A stretch of DNA of 64,000 nt from assembly GCA_963815195.1 (NCBI GenBank), contig CAWFGE010000021.1:32001-96000 (forward strand), given 5' to 3'. Position numbers and translations under genes: made by a program. This DNA is from an uncultured Planctomycetaceae bacterium (GTDB lineage Bacteria; Planctomycetota; Planctomycetia; Planctomycetales; Planctomycetaceae). This document shows positions 1-11,210 of the stretch, one piece after another; within the stretch, counting starts at the first letter, position 1; every line of letters starts with the position of its first letter. The notes below the pieces were generated by a model. The model was not told the origin of the DNA. It did not search any database and saw nothing but the letters and a program-made list of their open reading frames with translations.

Positions 1-1040
1 TGGTGGAGATCGTCTCCCAGCCCGATATCCGTTCGCCGCCAGGAGGCGAAAGCGTATCTGGAAGAACTGCGATCTGATGCTGACGTACCTGGGCGTCTCC
101 GACTGCAACATGCAGGAAGGCAGCCTCCGCTGCGATGCCAACGTCAATCTGCACATTCCCGCCGACGATGGCGAGCACCATCGCCACGCCGATCGTGGAG
201 GTCAAAAACCTCAACAGCTTTCGCGGCGTCGAGGCGGCCATCGAGTTCGAAGCCCAGCGGCAATGGTCGACGAATACCAAAAGACCGGCCGCAAGCTCGG
301 CGACCCCGGCGGCGAAAAGGAGACCCGCGGCTGGGACGCCGAACCGCAGCCTGACCTTCTCCCAGCGAGGCAAGGAAGAAGCCGCCGACTACCGCTATTT
401 CCCCGACCCCGATCTGATGCCCGTCACCGTGACGGCCGACAAAATCGAATCCGTCAAAAACCGGCCTCTGCGAGTTGCCCGCCGGCGCCGGCAGCGGATT
501 CGCGAGACCTGGGAATTGTCCGCGTACGATGCCGCGGTCATCATCGATCAGGGCCAAGCCTTCGCGGATTATTTCGAGGCGGTCGCCAACAAGTGCGGCG
601 ACGGCAAACAGGCCGCCAACTGGGTCACGCAGGATGTCCAGCGGGAATTGAACGACCGGCAGATTTCCATCGCGGAGTTTCCCATTGTTGCGGCGATTTT
701 GGGCACGCTTTTGCAATTTTTGGCCGAGGGAAAGATCACCGTCAAAAGCGGCCGCGAAGTGTTTGCGGACCTGTTATCCGAAGCTGACGCCGGCAACAAT
801 CTCGCCCCCGGCCGCATTGCGGAGATCATCGAGGAGAAAGGTCTCGAAGTCGTGTCCGACACGGGCGCATTGGAGGGCATTATCAATGCGGTCGTGGAGC
901 GGAATCCAAAAGCGGTCGAGGATTTCAAGAACGGCAAACAGGCCGCGGTCGGGGCGCTGATCGGCCACGTGATGCGCGAAGTCAAAGGGGCGGATGCCAA
1001 GATCGTCCGCCAGATGCTCATCGATCGGATGAATCAGTGA
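1..1040 (+). CDS. gatB: Asp-tRNA(Asn)/Glu-tRNA(Gln) amidotransferase subunit B, 5' end outside the window, several frameshifts
   Basis: Motifs spread over frames: EIVSQPDIRS, YLGVSDCNMQEGSLRCDANV, VEVKNLNSF, KEEAADYRYFPDPDL, and a C-terminal GatB/YqeY domain (GKQAAVGALIGHVMREVKGAD). Confidence 0.95.
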
Positions 1041-1106
1041 CGGGCGTCAGCCCCATGATCTCTTTGCGAAAGTGCACGTGTCGAGCGTTCAAAACGATCA
1101 TGGAGC

Positions 1107-1457
1107 TTACGCCCCACGCTCGCCTTGGTCAGCGTGTTCGCCCAGGAACCTGAGGTACTCCAGCGAATAGATGCCGGTGTTGTGGCCGTCGTTAAATTCG
1201 ATGCCATAGGCGTAATTTCCGACGGGCCGCATGTCGACGGGCCGGGGCGGTTGGGCCTGTTTGACGTCCAGGATGTTTAAGGGATTCTCTTCCGCGGACT
1301 CGGCTTTCTCGCGCTCGGCCCGGCAGGTGGCGCAGGGGCATTGCTCGCGGAGAAAACTCCACTTGAGCCGATGCGTCACCCCATCGTCCCAGGCAATCAC
1401 CAGAGAATCCCCCTCGGACTTGAGCGAAGTCGGCAACGGCGATTTGGCGCTGGACAT
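1107..1457 (-). CDS. DUF971 / gamma-butyrobetaine hydroxylase N-terminal-like metal-binding protein
   Basis: LREQCPCATC and VGNYAYGIEFNDGHNTGIYSLEYL motifs. Confidence 0.85.
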   Translation of the reverse strand: MSSAKSPLPTSLKSEGDSLVIAWDDGVTHRLKWSFLREQCPCATCRAEREKAESAEENPLNILDVKQAQPPRPVDMRPVGNYAYGIEFNDGHNTGIYSLEYLRFLGEHADQGERGA

Positions 1458-1646
1458 GATTTGATCTCGGCTTCTTCACGCGGGTTTGCAATAGGAGCGG
1501 GTTGGGGTTCATCATAGAAGCCCCAGAGAGAACGGTCCATTCTGGCACAGCAAACGGTTCGCCAAAGCGCCGACTTTCCGCGCCGCTTCCGTTATAGTTG
1601 CAGAAAGAACTCCCGTTTGCAGCCTTTGATCTGGAAGGAATCGCCC

Positions 1647-3059
1647 ATGCGGCCCTTTGTCCTCGTGTGTTTTTTTGCCATCCTTTTTAGTCCAAGCCCG
1701 TGGCTTTACGGGCAAAGCGCGCGGCCGAATTTTTTGATCATCCTGGCGGACGATTGCACGCACAGCGAATTGCCGGTTTATGGCGGGGCCAACGCGAAAA
1801 CGCCGAACATCGACCGCCTCGCGAAACAGGGGCTGGTGTTTAACCGGGCGTATGTGAGCGAAGCCATGTGCCAGCCCTGCCGCTCGGAGCTTTACACCGG
1901 GCAGCATCCGCTGCGGAACGGGTCATCCTGGAATCACTCGGCCAGCCGGCCCGATGCCACGAGCGTGGCTCAGCACCTGGGGGCGTTGGGTTATCGCGTG
2001 GGACTCGCCGGCAAGGTCCACGTCCAGCCGGCGAAGGTGTTTGCGTTTGAGCACGTCGGCGGCTACGATCCGAACTGCGTCCGCTCGCCCACGCTGCCCC
2101 ATACCACGGAACAGATCACCGGGTTCATGGAGCGGGACGACAAGCAGCCGTTCTGCCTCGTGGTGGCGCTCGTGGAACCGCACGTGCCCTGGGTCATGGG
2201 CGATCCGTCGCAGTATCCGCCGAGGAAACTTAAACTGCCCCCGAACCTCGCGGATACGAAAGTCACCCGCGAAGCCTACTCCCGCTACCTCGCGGAGATC
2301 ACTTACATGGACAACCAGGTCGGCGAGATTCTGGATGTGCTCAAAAACACAGGGCAAACCGACGACACGCTGGTCTTTTTCAGCTCCGAGCAAGGGGCGC
2401 AGTTCCCGGGCTGCAAGTGGACGAACTGGGACTCGGGCCTGCATACCGCACTCATCGCCCGTTGGCCGGGACATGTTCCCGAAGGAAAACGCACCGACGC
2501 CATCGTGCAATACGCCGACGTCCTGCCCACGCTGCTCGCACTGGCGGGCGGCGATGCGAAGAAGCACGCCTACGACGGCACGAGCTTTCTGGCGGCGCTC
2601 AAGGACCCGAATCAACCGCACCGCAAGTACGCGTATGCCCTGCATAACAATGTGCCCGAAGGCCCGCCCTACCCGATCCGCAGCATCAGTAACGGCGAGT
2701 ACCGCTACATCCGAAACCTCACCCCCGATGAGATCTACATCGAAAAACATCTCATGGGCTTAACAGGCCAGGGCACCTTGAACAATCCCTATTGGGGCAC
2801 GTGGATGTTCAATATCGACAACCCCCGCACGCTCAGCCTCGTCAAGCGCTACATGAAGCGCCCCGCCGAGCAGCTTTACCACACCAAGACCGATCGGTAT
2901 GAGATGACCGACCTCGCCGGCGATCCGAAGTATTCCAAAATCCAAGCCGAGCTGAGCGGCGAACTCGACCGCTGGCTCAAAGCCCAAGGCGACCCGGGCA
3001 TCCCTTTGGACACCTACGAATCCCTCGAAGCCGCCCGCAATGGGCAACATGCGTATTAG
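1647..3059 (+). CDS. Secreted formylglycine-dependent sulfatase (heparan N-sulfatase-like)
   Basis: Signal peptide, PNFLIILADD, CQPCRSELYTG (CxPxR), GKVH, and a C-terminal LYHTKTDRYEMTDLA. Confidence 0.92.
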   Translation: MRPFVLVCFFAILFSPSPWLYGQSARPNFLIILADDCTHSELPVYGGANAKTPNIDRLAKQGLVFNRAYVSEAMCQPCRSELYTGQHPLRNGSSWNHSASRPDATSVAQHLGALGYRVGLAGKVHVQPAKVFAFEHVGGYDPNCVRSPTLPHTTEQITGFMERDDKQPFCLVVALVEPHVPWVMGDPSQYPPRKLKLPPNLADTKVTREAYSRYLAEITYMDNQVGEILDVLKNTGQTDDTLVFFSSEQGAQFPGCKWTNWDSGLHTALIARWPGHVPEGKRTDAIVQYADVLPTLLALAGGDAKKHAYDGTSFLAALKDPNQPHRKYAYALHNNVPEGPPYPIRSISNGEYRYIRNLTPDEIYIEKHLMGLTGQGTLNNPYWGTWMFNIDNPRTLSLVKRYMKRPAEQLYHTKTDRYEMTDLAGDPKYSKIQAELSGELDRWLKAQGDPGIPLDTYESLEAARNGQHAY

Positions 3060-3092
3060 CAGCACGACACGTTTTCCGAATAGGAGTTTTCA

Positions 3093-4422
3093 ATGGTCAC
3101 GCATCTTCCCGTGGAGCGTTTGGTGAATCTGTTGGACCCGGCGGCCAATCAGATTTGGGGGATGTCCGTCCACGACGCGACGGCAATCGTGGGCAGCGGC
3201 GATGTGGAGCGGATTCGCGGGATCGACGGCCATTTTGCGCTGCTCCACAAAGACGGGCAGCGGATTCGCATGGCCCGCTCGCTCGCGCGGCCGATGCGGT
3301 ATTTTCTCGCGAAACGCAGCGAAGGTCCTTGCCTTGTCGTCGCGGAGCGGATCGATGAAATTCAAGAGTTCCTGAAAGAGGAAGGCCTGGGCGGGCAGTT
3401 CCATCCGTCGTACACCCGCATGGTCCCGGCCCATCATTTGACGGAACTCCAACTCATCGGCTGCCCGGATCCCAATCCCACCGTTCACCGGTTCTTCGCG
3501 CCCGGCAAAATCGGCTGCCTGCGGATCTCGACGAGATCGGCTCAGCTTATATCGGCCGGCTTGCCGAGGAATGCGGGCATTGGCTGGACGGGCTCGACCC
3601 GCGGGAGCCGATTGGCGTCCTGTTCTCCGGCGGCATCGACAGCGGCTCGGTGCTGTTGGTGCTTTATCATTTGCTCTTGGAGCGCGGCGAGCGCCCGCCC
3701 GGCTCAAGGCATTCACGCTGTCGATCGATGGCCAAGGTGCCGACGCCCGGCAGTCGGTCGAGTTCTTGAAGGCTGTGGATCTCGGCATGCTGCTCGAGGT
3801 GATCGAAATCCCGGCCGGCTCGATCGATTACCGCGAGGCGGTGCGGATCATCGAGGACTATAAACCCCTCGACGTGCAAGCCGCCGCGATGGGAAACGCC
3901 CTGTGCAAGGGCATTCGCGCGAGGTATCCGGATTGGCGCTGCCTCGTGGACGGCGATGGCGGGGACGAGAACCTCAAGGACTATCCCATCGAAGACAATC
4001 CCGAACTCACGATCCGCAGCGTGTTCAATAATGTGATGCTGTACCAGGAAGGCTGGGGCGTAAACGCCGTCAAGCATTCGCTGACCTACACCGGCGGCCA
4101 GAGCCGGGGGCATGTTCGTTCCTGGGCCCCGGCTCGGCGGCTGGGGTTTTCGGGATTCAGCCCGTATGCCCTGCCGAACGTGATCGAAGTCGCCGAGGGC
4201 ATTCCGTTTATCGAACTCACCGATTGGGACCACGAACGGCTGTATTCGCTCAAAGGCGAAATCGTCCGCCGAGGCGTCGAGGCCGTCACCGGGTTGGAGA
4301 TGCCGGTGTTCGCCAAACGGCGGTTCCAGCATGGCGTCAGCAAGGAGGCGGAGTTCGCGCGACTGTTCCCGCAGGATGAAGCCTCCTACCGCCAGGCCTT
4401 CGCCGAGATCTATGCTGGATAA
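3093..4422 (+). CDS. Asparagine-synthase-like PP-loop ATP-dependent amide ligase, frameshifted near 3500 and 3690
   Basis: A hidden middle frame reads EPIGVLFSGGIDSGSV (PP-loop); downstream LKAFTL, DGDGGDE and KRRFQHG match the AsnB synthetase domain; no N-terminal catalytic Cys. Confidence 0.8.
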
Positions 4423-5362
4423 CATTCCCTTCTATCAGGACGCGGAAATCCTCGCGGCCCGCCCGCCGCGGAACGTCTTGGGTCCCCGCCGGCCTTATGC
4501 GTTCCTCGTCGAACCGGAGCACAACGCCCGGGGCGAAGTTGTGGACGTGGCGACGCTGTTTCTCACCAATCGCGAATGCCCGTTCCGCTGCCTGATGTGC
4601 GATCTGTGGAAGAACACGTTGACGGAATCCGTCTCCCCCGGCGACATTCCCGCGCAGATTCGCTGGGCCCTCAAGCAACTCCCGCCCGCGCGGGAGATCA
4701 AGCTTTATAACAGCGGGAATTTCTTTGACAAAAAGGCGATTCCCCCGGAGGATTACGCCGCGATCGCGGAATTGGTGCGCGGGTTTGAGACGGTGATCGT
4801 GGAGAATCATCCCCAACTCGCGTGCGAGGCCTGCCGGCGATTTCGGGATCTGATCGCCCCGGCTCGGCTCGAAATCGCGATGGGCCTCGAAACCTGCCAT
4901 CCCGAAATCCTGCCCCGCTTGAACAAACGCATGACGCTCGCGGACTTCGACCGGGCCGCGGGTTTTTTGCAGCAAGCGGGGATCCGCCTGCGGGTGTTTT
5001 TGCTCTTAAAGCCGCCGTTTCTCGAGGAAGCGGAAGCGGTGGAGTGGACGCTGCGGTCTTTGGACTATGCCTTCGACCGCGGGGCCGAGTGTTGCTCGAT
5101 CATCGCCACCCGCGCGGGGAACGGGATCATGGATCAATTGCAGGCGCAGGGACTCTTTTTGCCGCCGCGGGGAAGTTTTTTGGAGCAGGTGCTGGAAGCA
5201 GGACTCCATCAAGAGCGCGGGCGGGTGTTTGTGGACCTCTGGGAAGTCGAGCCGTTTTTTGATTGTGTCCATTGCCGACCTGAGCGGATCGAACGGCTGC
5301 GGGAGATGAACCTTTGGCAAAAGGTGTTGCCATCGATCCCGTGCGCGGAGTGCGAAGCATGA
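4412..5362 (+). CDS. Radical SAM protein resembling the RaSEA/TIGR01210 (archaeosine) family
   Basis: CPFRCLMC (CxxxCxxC), IKLYNSGNFFD, LEIAMGLET, LRVFLLLKPPFLEEAEA, C-terminal CxxC...CxxC; start overlaps the upstream gene. Confidence 0.85.
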   Translation: MLDNIPFYQDAEILAARPPRNVLGPRRPYAFLVEPEHNARGEVVDVATLFLTNRECPFRCLMCDLWKNTLTESVSPGDIPAQIRWALKQLPPAREIKLYNSGNFFDKKAIPPEDYAAIAELVRGFETVIVENHPQLACEACRRFRDLIAPARLEIAMGLETCHPEILPRLNKRMTLADFDRAAGFLQQAGIRLRVFLLLKPPFLEEAEAVEWTLRSLDYAFDRGAECCSIIATRAGNGIMDQLQAQGLFLPPRGSFLEQVLEAGLHQERGRVFVDLWEVEPFFDCVHCRPERIERLREMNLWQKVLPSIPCAECEA

Positions 5363-6873
5363 CCGCCCGCGATCGCTATGATGTCCTCGTTTTGGGTTCG
5401 GGATTCGGCGGCAGTCTGACGGCGATGATTTTAGCTCAGGCGGGGTTGTGCGTGGGAATGATCGATTCCCGCAAACATCCGCGGTTTGCGATTGGCGAAT
5501 CGTCGACGCCGAGCGCGGATCTGATTCTCCACGACCTCGCGAAAAAATATCATCTCACCGAGCTATTGCCGTTGTCCCGCTTCGGCACCTGGCGGGAGAC
5601 TTATCCCGAAATCCTCTGCGGCGCGTAGCGCGGGTTCACTTATGTCTGGCACGGCGAAGAAGACGGTTTCCAAGCCACTCCGGACCATCGGCACGAACTG
5701 TTTGTCGCGGCGAGCGCTTCCCGCGAGGTCGCGGATACAGAGTGGTATCGCCCGCAGGTGGATCAGTTCTTCGCGAAAGCCGCTCGAAACCGCGGGGCGG
5801 ACTTGTGGGAAGAAGCGAGGATCGCCCGCATCGAGCATCCCCAACCGCACGCCTGGCGAGTTACGATTCAATCTGGCGGCAAAGAGCGCCGGCTCGATGC
5901 GGATTTTCTGATCGATGCCACCGGACCGGCGGGCGTCCTGCCCCGGCATTTGGGGATTTCCGATCAAACCGATTCCCTGCTGACAAACTCTTCCGCCGTT
6001 TACGGGCATTGGGAGGAGATCGAACCCTTGGAGAATTGGTTAAGGCGGCGAGGGGCGAAGACGGACGATTATCCTTACCCGTGCGACGACTCCGCGATCC
6101 ATCACGTCTTCCCCGACGGCTGGACCTGGCAGTTGCGGTTCGAGAACGGGCTGACCAGCCTGGGCTCCGTGTTTGTTCCGGGCCGCGAAATCGATTCGAT
6201 GACGGAAGCCGATTCATTGTTGACGCAAAATCGCCTCGTGCTCCGCGAGATGCTCGCCGCGGCGAAACGGGCGGCGTTTCCGGGGCGGTTGTTTTGGACG
6301 GGGCGCATGCAGCGGCTCTGGGCCCAAGCCGCGGGCGAGGATTGGGCGGCCCTTCCGCACACCGCGGGCTTCATCGATGCTCTGCATAGCACGGGCATCG
6401 CCCACACCTTGAGCGGGATGGAACGGCTCTCGGAAACTCTCTTGGAATCGTCGCCCCCACACCGGCAACAAGCGTTGGAACGGTATTCGCGTCAAATCCT
6501 GGAAGAGTTAGCGCACATCGATTTGTTGGTCTCAGGGTGTTACTTCGGTCTCTATGATTTCCGGTTATTCAGCACCTGGTGCCACGTGTATTTCGCCGCC
6601 GCGACGACGTACGAAAAAAAACGCCTCGCCGATTCTTCCAACGACGTGGGCTTTCTGTGTGCCGGCGATCGCGAGTTCGCCCGGCGGGTTCGCGAGTTGC
6701 ACGCCTGGCTGCAAAGGTTTCATCAAAAATCTGAGAAACCGAACGACGCCGTGGTGCGGGAATTTGAGGAGTCCGTCAAACAACAGATCGAACCCTATAA
6801 TCACGTGGGATTATTCGATCCGCCGGTCCCGAACCTGTATTGGCACACCGCCGCGGAGAAGCGTGGCGACTAA
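5359..6873 (+). CDS. Flavin-dependent halogenase-family oxidoreductase with an in-frame TAG at 5626-5628
   Basis: GSGFGG FAD motif, HPRFAIGESSTP, FLIDATG, DGWTWQLRF (WxWxI-like), GFIDALHSTG; both ORF halves are in the same frame; ATGA overlap with the radical SAM stop. Confidence 0.85.
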
Positions 6874-7050
6874 AAGCGCGGGTTTCCACGGCCGGGCGAC
6901 TCGTGGACGAGTGCGTTCCCGAATCAAGGAATCAAGCGTCGCCGGGGAGTTTCTCTGGAGCGAAGCGCGGGAATGTGCTAGATTGCCCCCACGCGAGCGT
7001 GCCGGCGGATGGTGCGCGCGGAGACCCGTATTTGCAGGAGAGACGCGACG

Positions 7051-7683
7051 ATGTTGGGAGCCCACCTCAATCCCTTGGAATACCTGAGCCGCTGCTCGGA
7101 GGAGTTCGGCAAACTCGACCTTAGCCAGTCCGAAGGCCTGGCCCTGGAGATTTTTGACACCTACGAAGACGGGCGGTTTGTGTTCATCTGCGGCAACGGC
7201 GGCAGCGGGTCGAACTCGTCCCACTTCTGCGAAGACTTGGGCAAAAGCACGCTCGACCCCCAGGATTTTACGAACGACGATGTGAAACGCCTCAAGGTGC
7301 TCAGCCTCACCGACAACACGCCCTACATCCTCGCCTGGGGCAACGATGAGGGCTTCGACCGCGTGTTCGTCGAGCAGCTCAAAAACTTCGCGTCGCCCGA
7401 TGATGTGCTCGTCGCCATCAGCGGCAGCGGCAACAGCCCCAACATTCTGAACGCCGTCGAATGGGGCAACAAGCACAACCTCCGCACCTGGGGCATCACC
7501 GGCTACAGCGGCGGCAAGCTGCAATCCCTCGCCCGGCACAACCTGCACGTCCCGCTGGACGATATGGGCATGGTGGAATCCATCCACCTGTTGTTGTTCC
7601 ACTGGATCCTGAATGATGTGTATGCCCGCATCAACCAGGTCGGCCGCTATGCCGACGGGAAAAAAGGCTCCAAAGTCGCCTGA
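7051..7683 (+). CDS. gmhA: SIS-domain phosphosugar isomerase, GmhA (phosphoheptose isomerase)-like
   Basis: [42 protein letters not shown]. Confidence 0.8.
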   Translation: MLGAHLNPLEYLSRCSEEFGKLDLSQSEGLALEIFDTYEDGRFVFICGNGGSGSNSSHFCEDLGKSTLDPQDFTNDDVKRLKVLSLTDNTPYILAWGNDEGFDRVFVEQLKNFASPDDVLVAISGSGNSPNILNAVEWGNKHNLRTWGITGYSGGKLQSLARHNLHVPLDDMGMVESIHLLLFHWILNDVYARINQVGRYADGKKGSKVA

Positions 7684-7791
7684 GGGCGGCCCTGCTAAAC
7701 CGGAGATGCGCAGATGCTGCGCGGCTCCTGGTTTCGCGGAGTTTTGGGTCGGTCAAAGTGACCGGGAGGCTGACACCTCCCGCTCGCCAAA

Positions 7792-10680
7792 TCAGCCGAA
7801 TTGCAGTTTGACATCCGTGATTTCGTAACCGTTCATGGGGACGTGGACCGCGGCGTTTTCGATGTCGAGGGTGTCCAGGGTTTGGCCTAGAAAGTCGCAG
7901 GCGGCCGCAGCGGTCGGGGTGCGGAAGCAATCGAGCTGCACGTGGCGGGAACGGCCTTCGGTCTCGGCGAGGCGGACGATGAAGCCGAACGGCTCGTCGG
8001 CTGCCGCGTCTTCGGGAAGGCCGCGAAGGCTTTGAATCTGCACATTCTTCGCGGCGAGATGGAAGAACCAGCCTTCGGGGCCGGTGCGCGGCGGGCCGGC
8101 TTCGGTGGGGATGACGAGCGCCGGCGTCATCGCATCCCGGGCCGCGACCTGCGGGTAGCTTTGATCGATGGCAATGTCGAACTTGAAGCTCCGCCGGCTT
8201 TCGCCCGCGGTGATCAATAACGTATCCAGCATCCTCAGGCCCGTCTTGCGGTGGAACGGCTGCCCGTGAAAGAGCACCGTGGTCCGCAGGTCGCCCTCGG
8301 CGATTTCCAGATAATCGGGGCTGTCGAACCGCTCGCCGCGAAAGCCGAACGCGAAATCCTGCACCGAACGGGTGAGCGCGGCCGTGCTGTCGTTCCAGGC
8401 GAAGCGGAGCGCGTAATAGTTCGTCCAAGGGTCGGCGTCGGGGACTTTTTGCAGGTCGAGTTCGATCTCGACTTCCACCACCGGCCGATGCCGCCAGACC
8501 CGCGTGGTCTGTTTGAAGAATGCCAAGGGCGATTCATCTTTTTGATCGACGATGTCCCCCGTGGTCACCACTTCGCCGAGCGTCGGGCCGGTGCAGGTGG
8601 CTTCGATGGACCCGCAGCGCATCTCGGAATAGAACGTTTTGATCGTCTCGTGCTCGTTTTGCTCGTTGGGATGGCCGAGGGGCACGCTGCGCTCGTGCGG
8701 AAAGCGGTAGCCGATCTGCTGGCTGATGCGGTTGGGGCTCCGGCCGTAGTTTTTGATCCGCCCGATCCCGCCGGTGGCATCGTTCATGTAGACTTCAAAA
8801 AAGTCGTTCCGCAGCATCAAATCTTCTACAAGCGGCGGCTCGCCTTTTTTGGCGGCGGGTTTGGGACCCTGGCCATCTTTGGGAACCCACACAAACCCGG
8901 AGCCCGGGATCTCCGCGACGACGAACCGGCGGTTGTCGTCGAATTGCACCGCCTTGATGCCCCCTCCCACCGGCGGCGGGGATTCCAACTGCGGCAGTTC
9001 CACCGAGACCGTCCGCTTGTGCGCCAACGTGTTGACGAGCAGAAAGCCGGCGTTCGATTCCGCCCCGGAAAGCACGACTTCCGCGAGCTGTTCCTCGGCT
9101 GCGGTTTGAAACTCCTGAAGCGCGAGTTCCGCGGCGGGAATCGCCTCGGCATGCTCGGCGGATTCTTCGCAATCGGGGCCGGCTTTCTCGACGATCTGTT
9201 CAATCGCATCGAGCCGGGATTGATCGACCCGTTGGCCTCGGAGAATTTGCGAAACCGCCCAGGCCCATTGGGCTCGCTCCAACTGCCTTCGGCGGAGGGC
9301 ATAGTTGGCCCAGCGACTGACGGGGTTCGGCTCTTGCCGGGCCGCGGCTTGGATGAAAAACGGCGGCAGGTACTCCTGCTGATCGAACACCGACAGCCGG
9401 CCGGGGTCGTCCGTGTTTTCCATGAAGTCGCCCATTGTCACAAACCGCCCGAGCACGGGGGCGTACTTCTGCATTCTGGCGAGATCCTCGAACCAGGGGG
9501 CTTTGACTTCCGGCCAGCGGGCAAACACGACCGCGGCCACCTGGTCGCGCTCCATCGACTCCGCCATGTGCTGGGCGAATTTTAAGTAGCTCAGCGACCC
9601 TTCGGCGGTCATCGGAAACCGGCCGAGGGCATTGATGATCGTCTGGTCGGCGCCTTCCCAGCGGATCTTGCTCTCGTCCTCGTCGGGATAAAGGCCATCG
9701 TCCATGACCAGATGCAGGGCCGAGCGAAAACCGAACTTTGTCAGAACCCCCGGAAGCAGCGTCGATAACCCATACCGCCGCCGGCCCCAGCAACTCGGCG
9801 TTCGGCCGAACAGCCGCCGATACGCCCTTTGGCCTTCCGCGAACTGCCAGAGCACGGCGCCTATGGGCATCAACGGGAACGGGGCATCTTCCCATTCCCC
9901 GCCGACGACGTTCAGCCGCCCCGCGTCCCAGGCTTCGCGAAGGGCGGCGATCGTTTCGGGCGATTTGTCGTGGATTTCCTGAAGCTCCTCCGCCGTCGCC
10001 ACGAGGTTGACGGGTTTCTCCGCCGCGGCCATTTTCAACAGCGGCTCGCGCTGCTCCTCGGCGATGCGGGGGATCAACAGGCACAGGTCGATCAGGTAGC
10101 ATTCGACGGGATAAAACCGCTCGCGGGCTTCGAGGAGCGATTCAAACGCCCCCCGCAGGTGGTTCCGCGCGGTGTCGAGATCGCCGGCGATCGCCGCCTC
10201 CGCCGCGGCGAGGCTTTCGCGCTCGAGTTGCACTTCATCGAGGTTGCTGTAGTAGTGCATGTGCCGGGTGAGAAGTTCCATTTGCAGATAGCACGTCCCG
10301 AGCGCAAGGAAATCCGCCGCGATGTCTTCATCGACCGGGGCGGGATTCTCCAGCGGGGCCAAGGCCTTCGCGAGCATGTCCGCACGGTTTTCCAGACCGG
10401 AAACGACGACGGCTCCCTGTTTTTCGGCATAGCCCACCCAACCCCCCGGCAGCCAGTCCTCGCAGGCGGTGGGCACCACGATCAGCCGATTCTCCAAAGT
10501 AGCGGGCGGCTCGTCCGAGCGGTCCCACCTCGGCAGCGTCTTCGCCTGCTGCAACAACAGCGGATGCCACACGACGGCAAAGGCGTTCAGCAAACTCGCC
10601 GCCGGCTGCTCTTGGAGTTCGGTCGGAAAATCTTCCAGAGAATGGCTGGGAATCAAAACGACAATATCGGTGTAAGTCAT
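7792..10680 (-). CDS. Large conserved protein with a glycoside hydrolase family 38/57-like architecture
   Basis: About 960 aa; barrel-like region (NVVGGEW, YRRLFGRTP, LPGVLTKFGF), LRNDFFEVYMNDATGGI, and GH38-type C-terminal IVRLAETEG...YEITDVKL. Confidence 0.55.
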   Translation of the reverse strand: MTYTDIVVLIPSHSLEDFPTELQEQPAASLLNAFAVVWHPLLLQQAKTLPRWDRSDEPPATLENRLIVVPTACEDWLPGGWVGYAEKQGAVVVSGLENRADMLAKALAPLENPAPVDEDIAADFLALGTCYLQMELLTRHMHYYSNLDEVQLERESLAAAEAAIAGDLDTARNHLRGAFESLLEARERFYPVECYLIDLCLLIPRIAEEQREPLLKMAAAEKPVNLVATAEELQEIHDKSPETIAALREAWDAGRLNVVGGEWEDAPFPLMPIGAVLWQFAEGQRAYRRLFGRTPSCWGRRRYGLSTLLPGVLTKFGFRSALHLVMDDGLYPDEDESKIRWEGADQTIINALGRFPMTAEGSLSYLKFAQHMAESMERDQVAAVVFARWPEVKAPWFEDLARMQKYAPVLGRFVTMGDFMENTDDPGRLSVFDQQEYLPPFFIQAAARQEPNPVSRWANYALRRRQLERAQWAWAVSQILRGQRVDQSRLDAIEQIVEKAGPDCEESAEHAEAIPAAELALQEFQTAAEEQLAEVVLSGAESNAGFLLVNTLAHKRTVSVELPQLESPPPVGGGIKAVQFDDNRRFVVAEIPGSGFVWVPKDGQGPKPAAKKGEPPLVEDLMLRNDFFEVYMNDATGGIGRIKNYGRSPNRISQQIGYRFPHERSVPLGHPNEQNEHETIKTFYSEMRCGSIEATCTGPTLGEVVTTGDIVDQKDESPLAFFKQTTRVWRHRPVVEVEIELDLQKVPDADPWTNYYALRFAWNDSTAALTRSVQDFAFGFRGERFDSPDYLEIAEGDLRTTVLFHGQPFHRKTGLRMLDTLLITAGESRRSFKFDIAIDQSYPQVAARDAMTPALVIPTEAGPPRTGPEGWFFHLAAKNVQIQSLRGLPEDAAADEPFGFIVRLAETEGRSRHVQLDCFRTPTAAAACDFLGQTLDTLDIENAAVHVPMNGYEITDVKLQFG

Positions 10681-10795
10681 TGCGGGGAAGCACTTTCTAT
10701 TGGCGGCTTTTTTAGACCCAAAGGGTCGCAAGGATAACTTTGATTACCACGAAGACGCGAACAATAAAACACGTTTTCAACGGAATTCGCCAGCG

Positions 10796-10858
10796 TAGCC
10801 CGAAGTGCAAGCGAGGGAATACGAAGGCTTTACAAACCCTTGCTTGCGCTGCGGGCTA
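10796..10858. repeat. REP-like extragenic palindrome pair
   Basis: TAGCCCGAAGTGCAAGCGAGGG ... CCCTTGCTTGCGCTGCGGGCTA imperfect inverted repeat. Confidence 0.7.
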
Positions 10859-11210
10859 GTTTTCGGGTTAGGTCTTAGAGTTCGAATCCGCTTCCGTTGC
10901 ACAATCTTTGCCCTCTGCGTCTTGCCATTGCGGCTTTGCGTCAAAAGTGAATGCAGGAGAAGTTTTGAATTTTCGGGAACTCTGGGGACTCAGGAAACGT
11001 CGCATATTCATGCGGGGTTGTTTTCAGTCCCGAATCCTCTCAATCCTTTCCAAAAATCACCAACATTTCGAACGAATGCCAACATCGGCTGCATATCTAC
11101 CGTAGGAACATGATATAGAAAACTTGATGCGACTTCATGGGGAACACCGGGGCGGTCCCGGTCCTTTCCTGGAAGATTGGCGGCTAATTTGCCGAGGTTT
11201 CCGTTTATTA

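Noticed and set aside
5626..5628. Genome-wide TAG reassignment
   Set aside because: TAG terminates several genes at their expected ends (sulfatase 3059, pilM 13781, MFS 26121, epimerase 44676)
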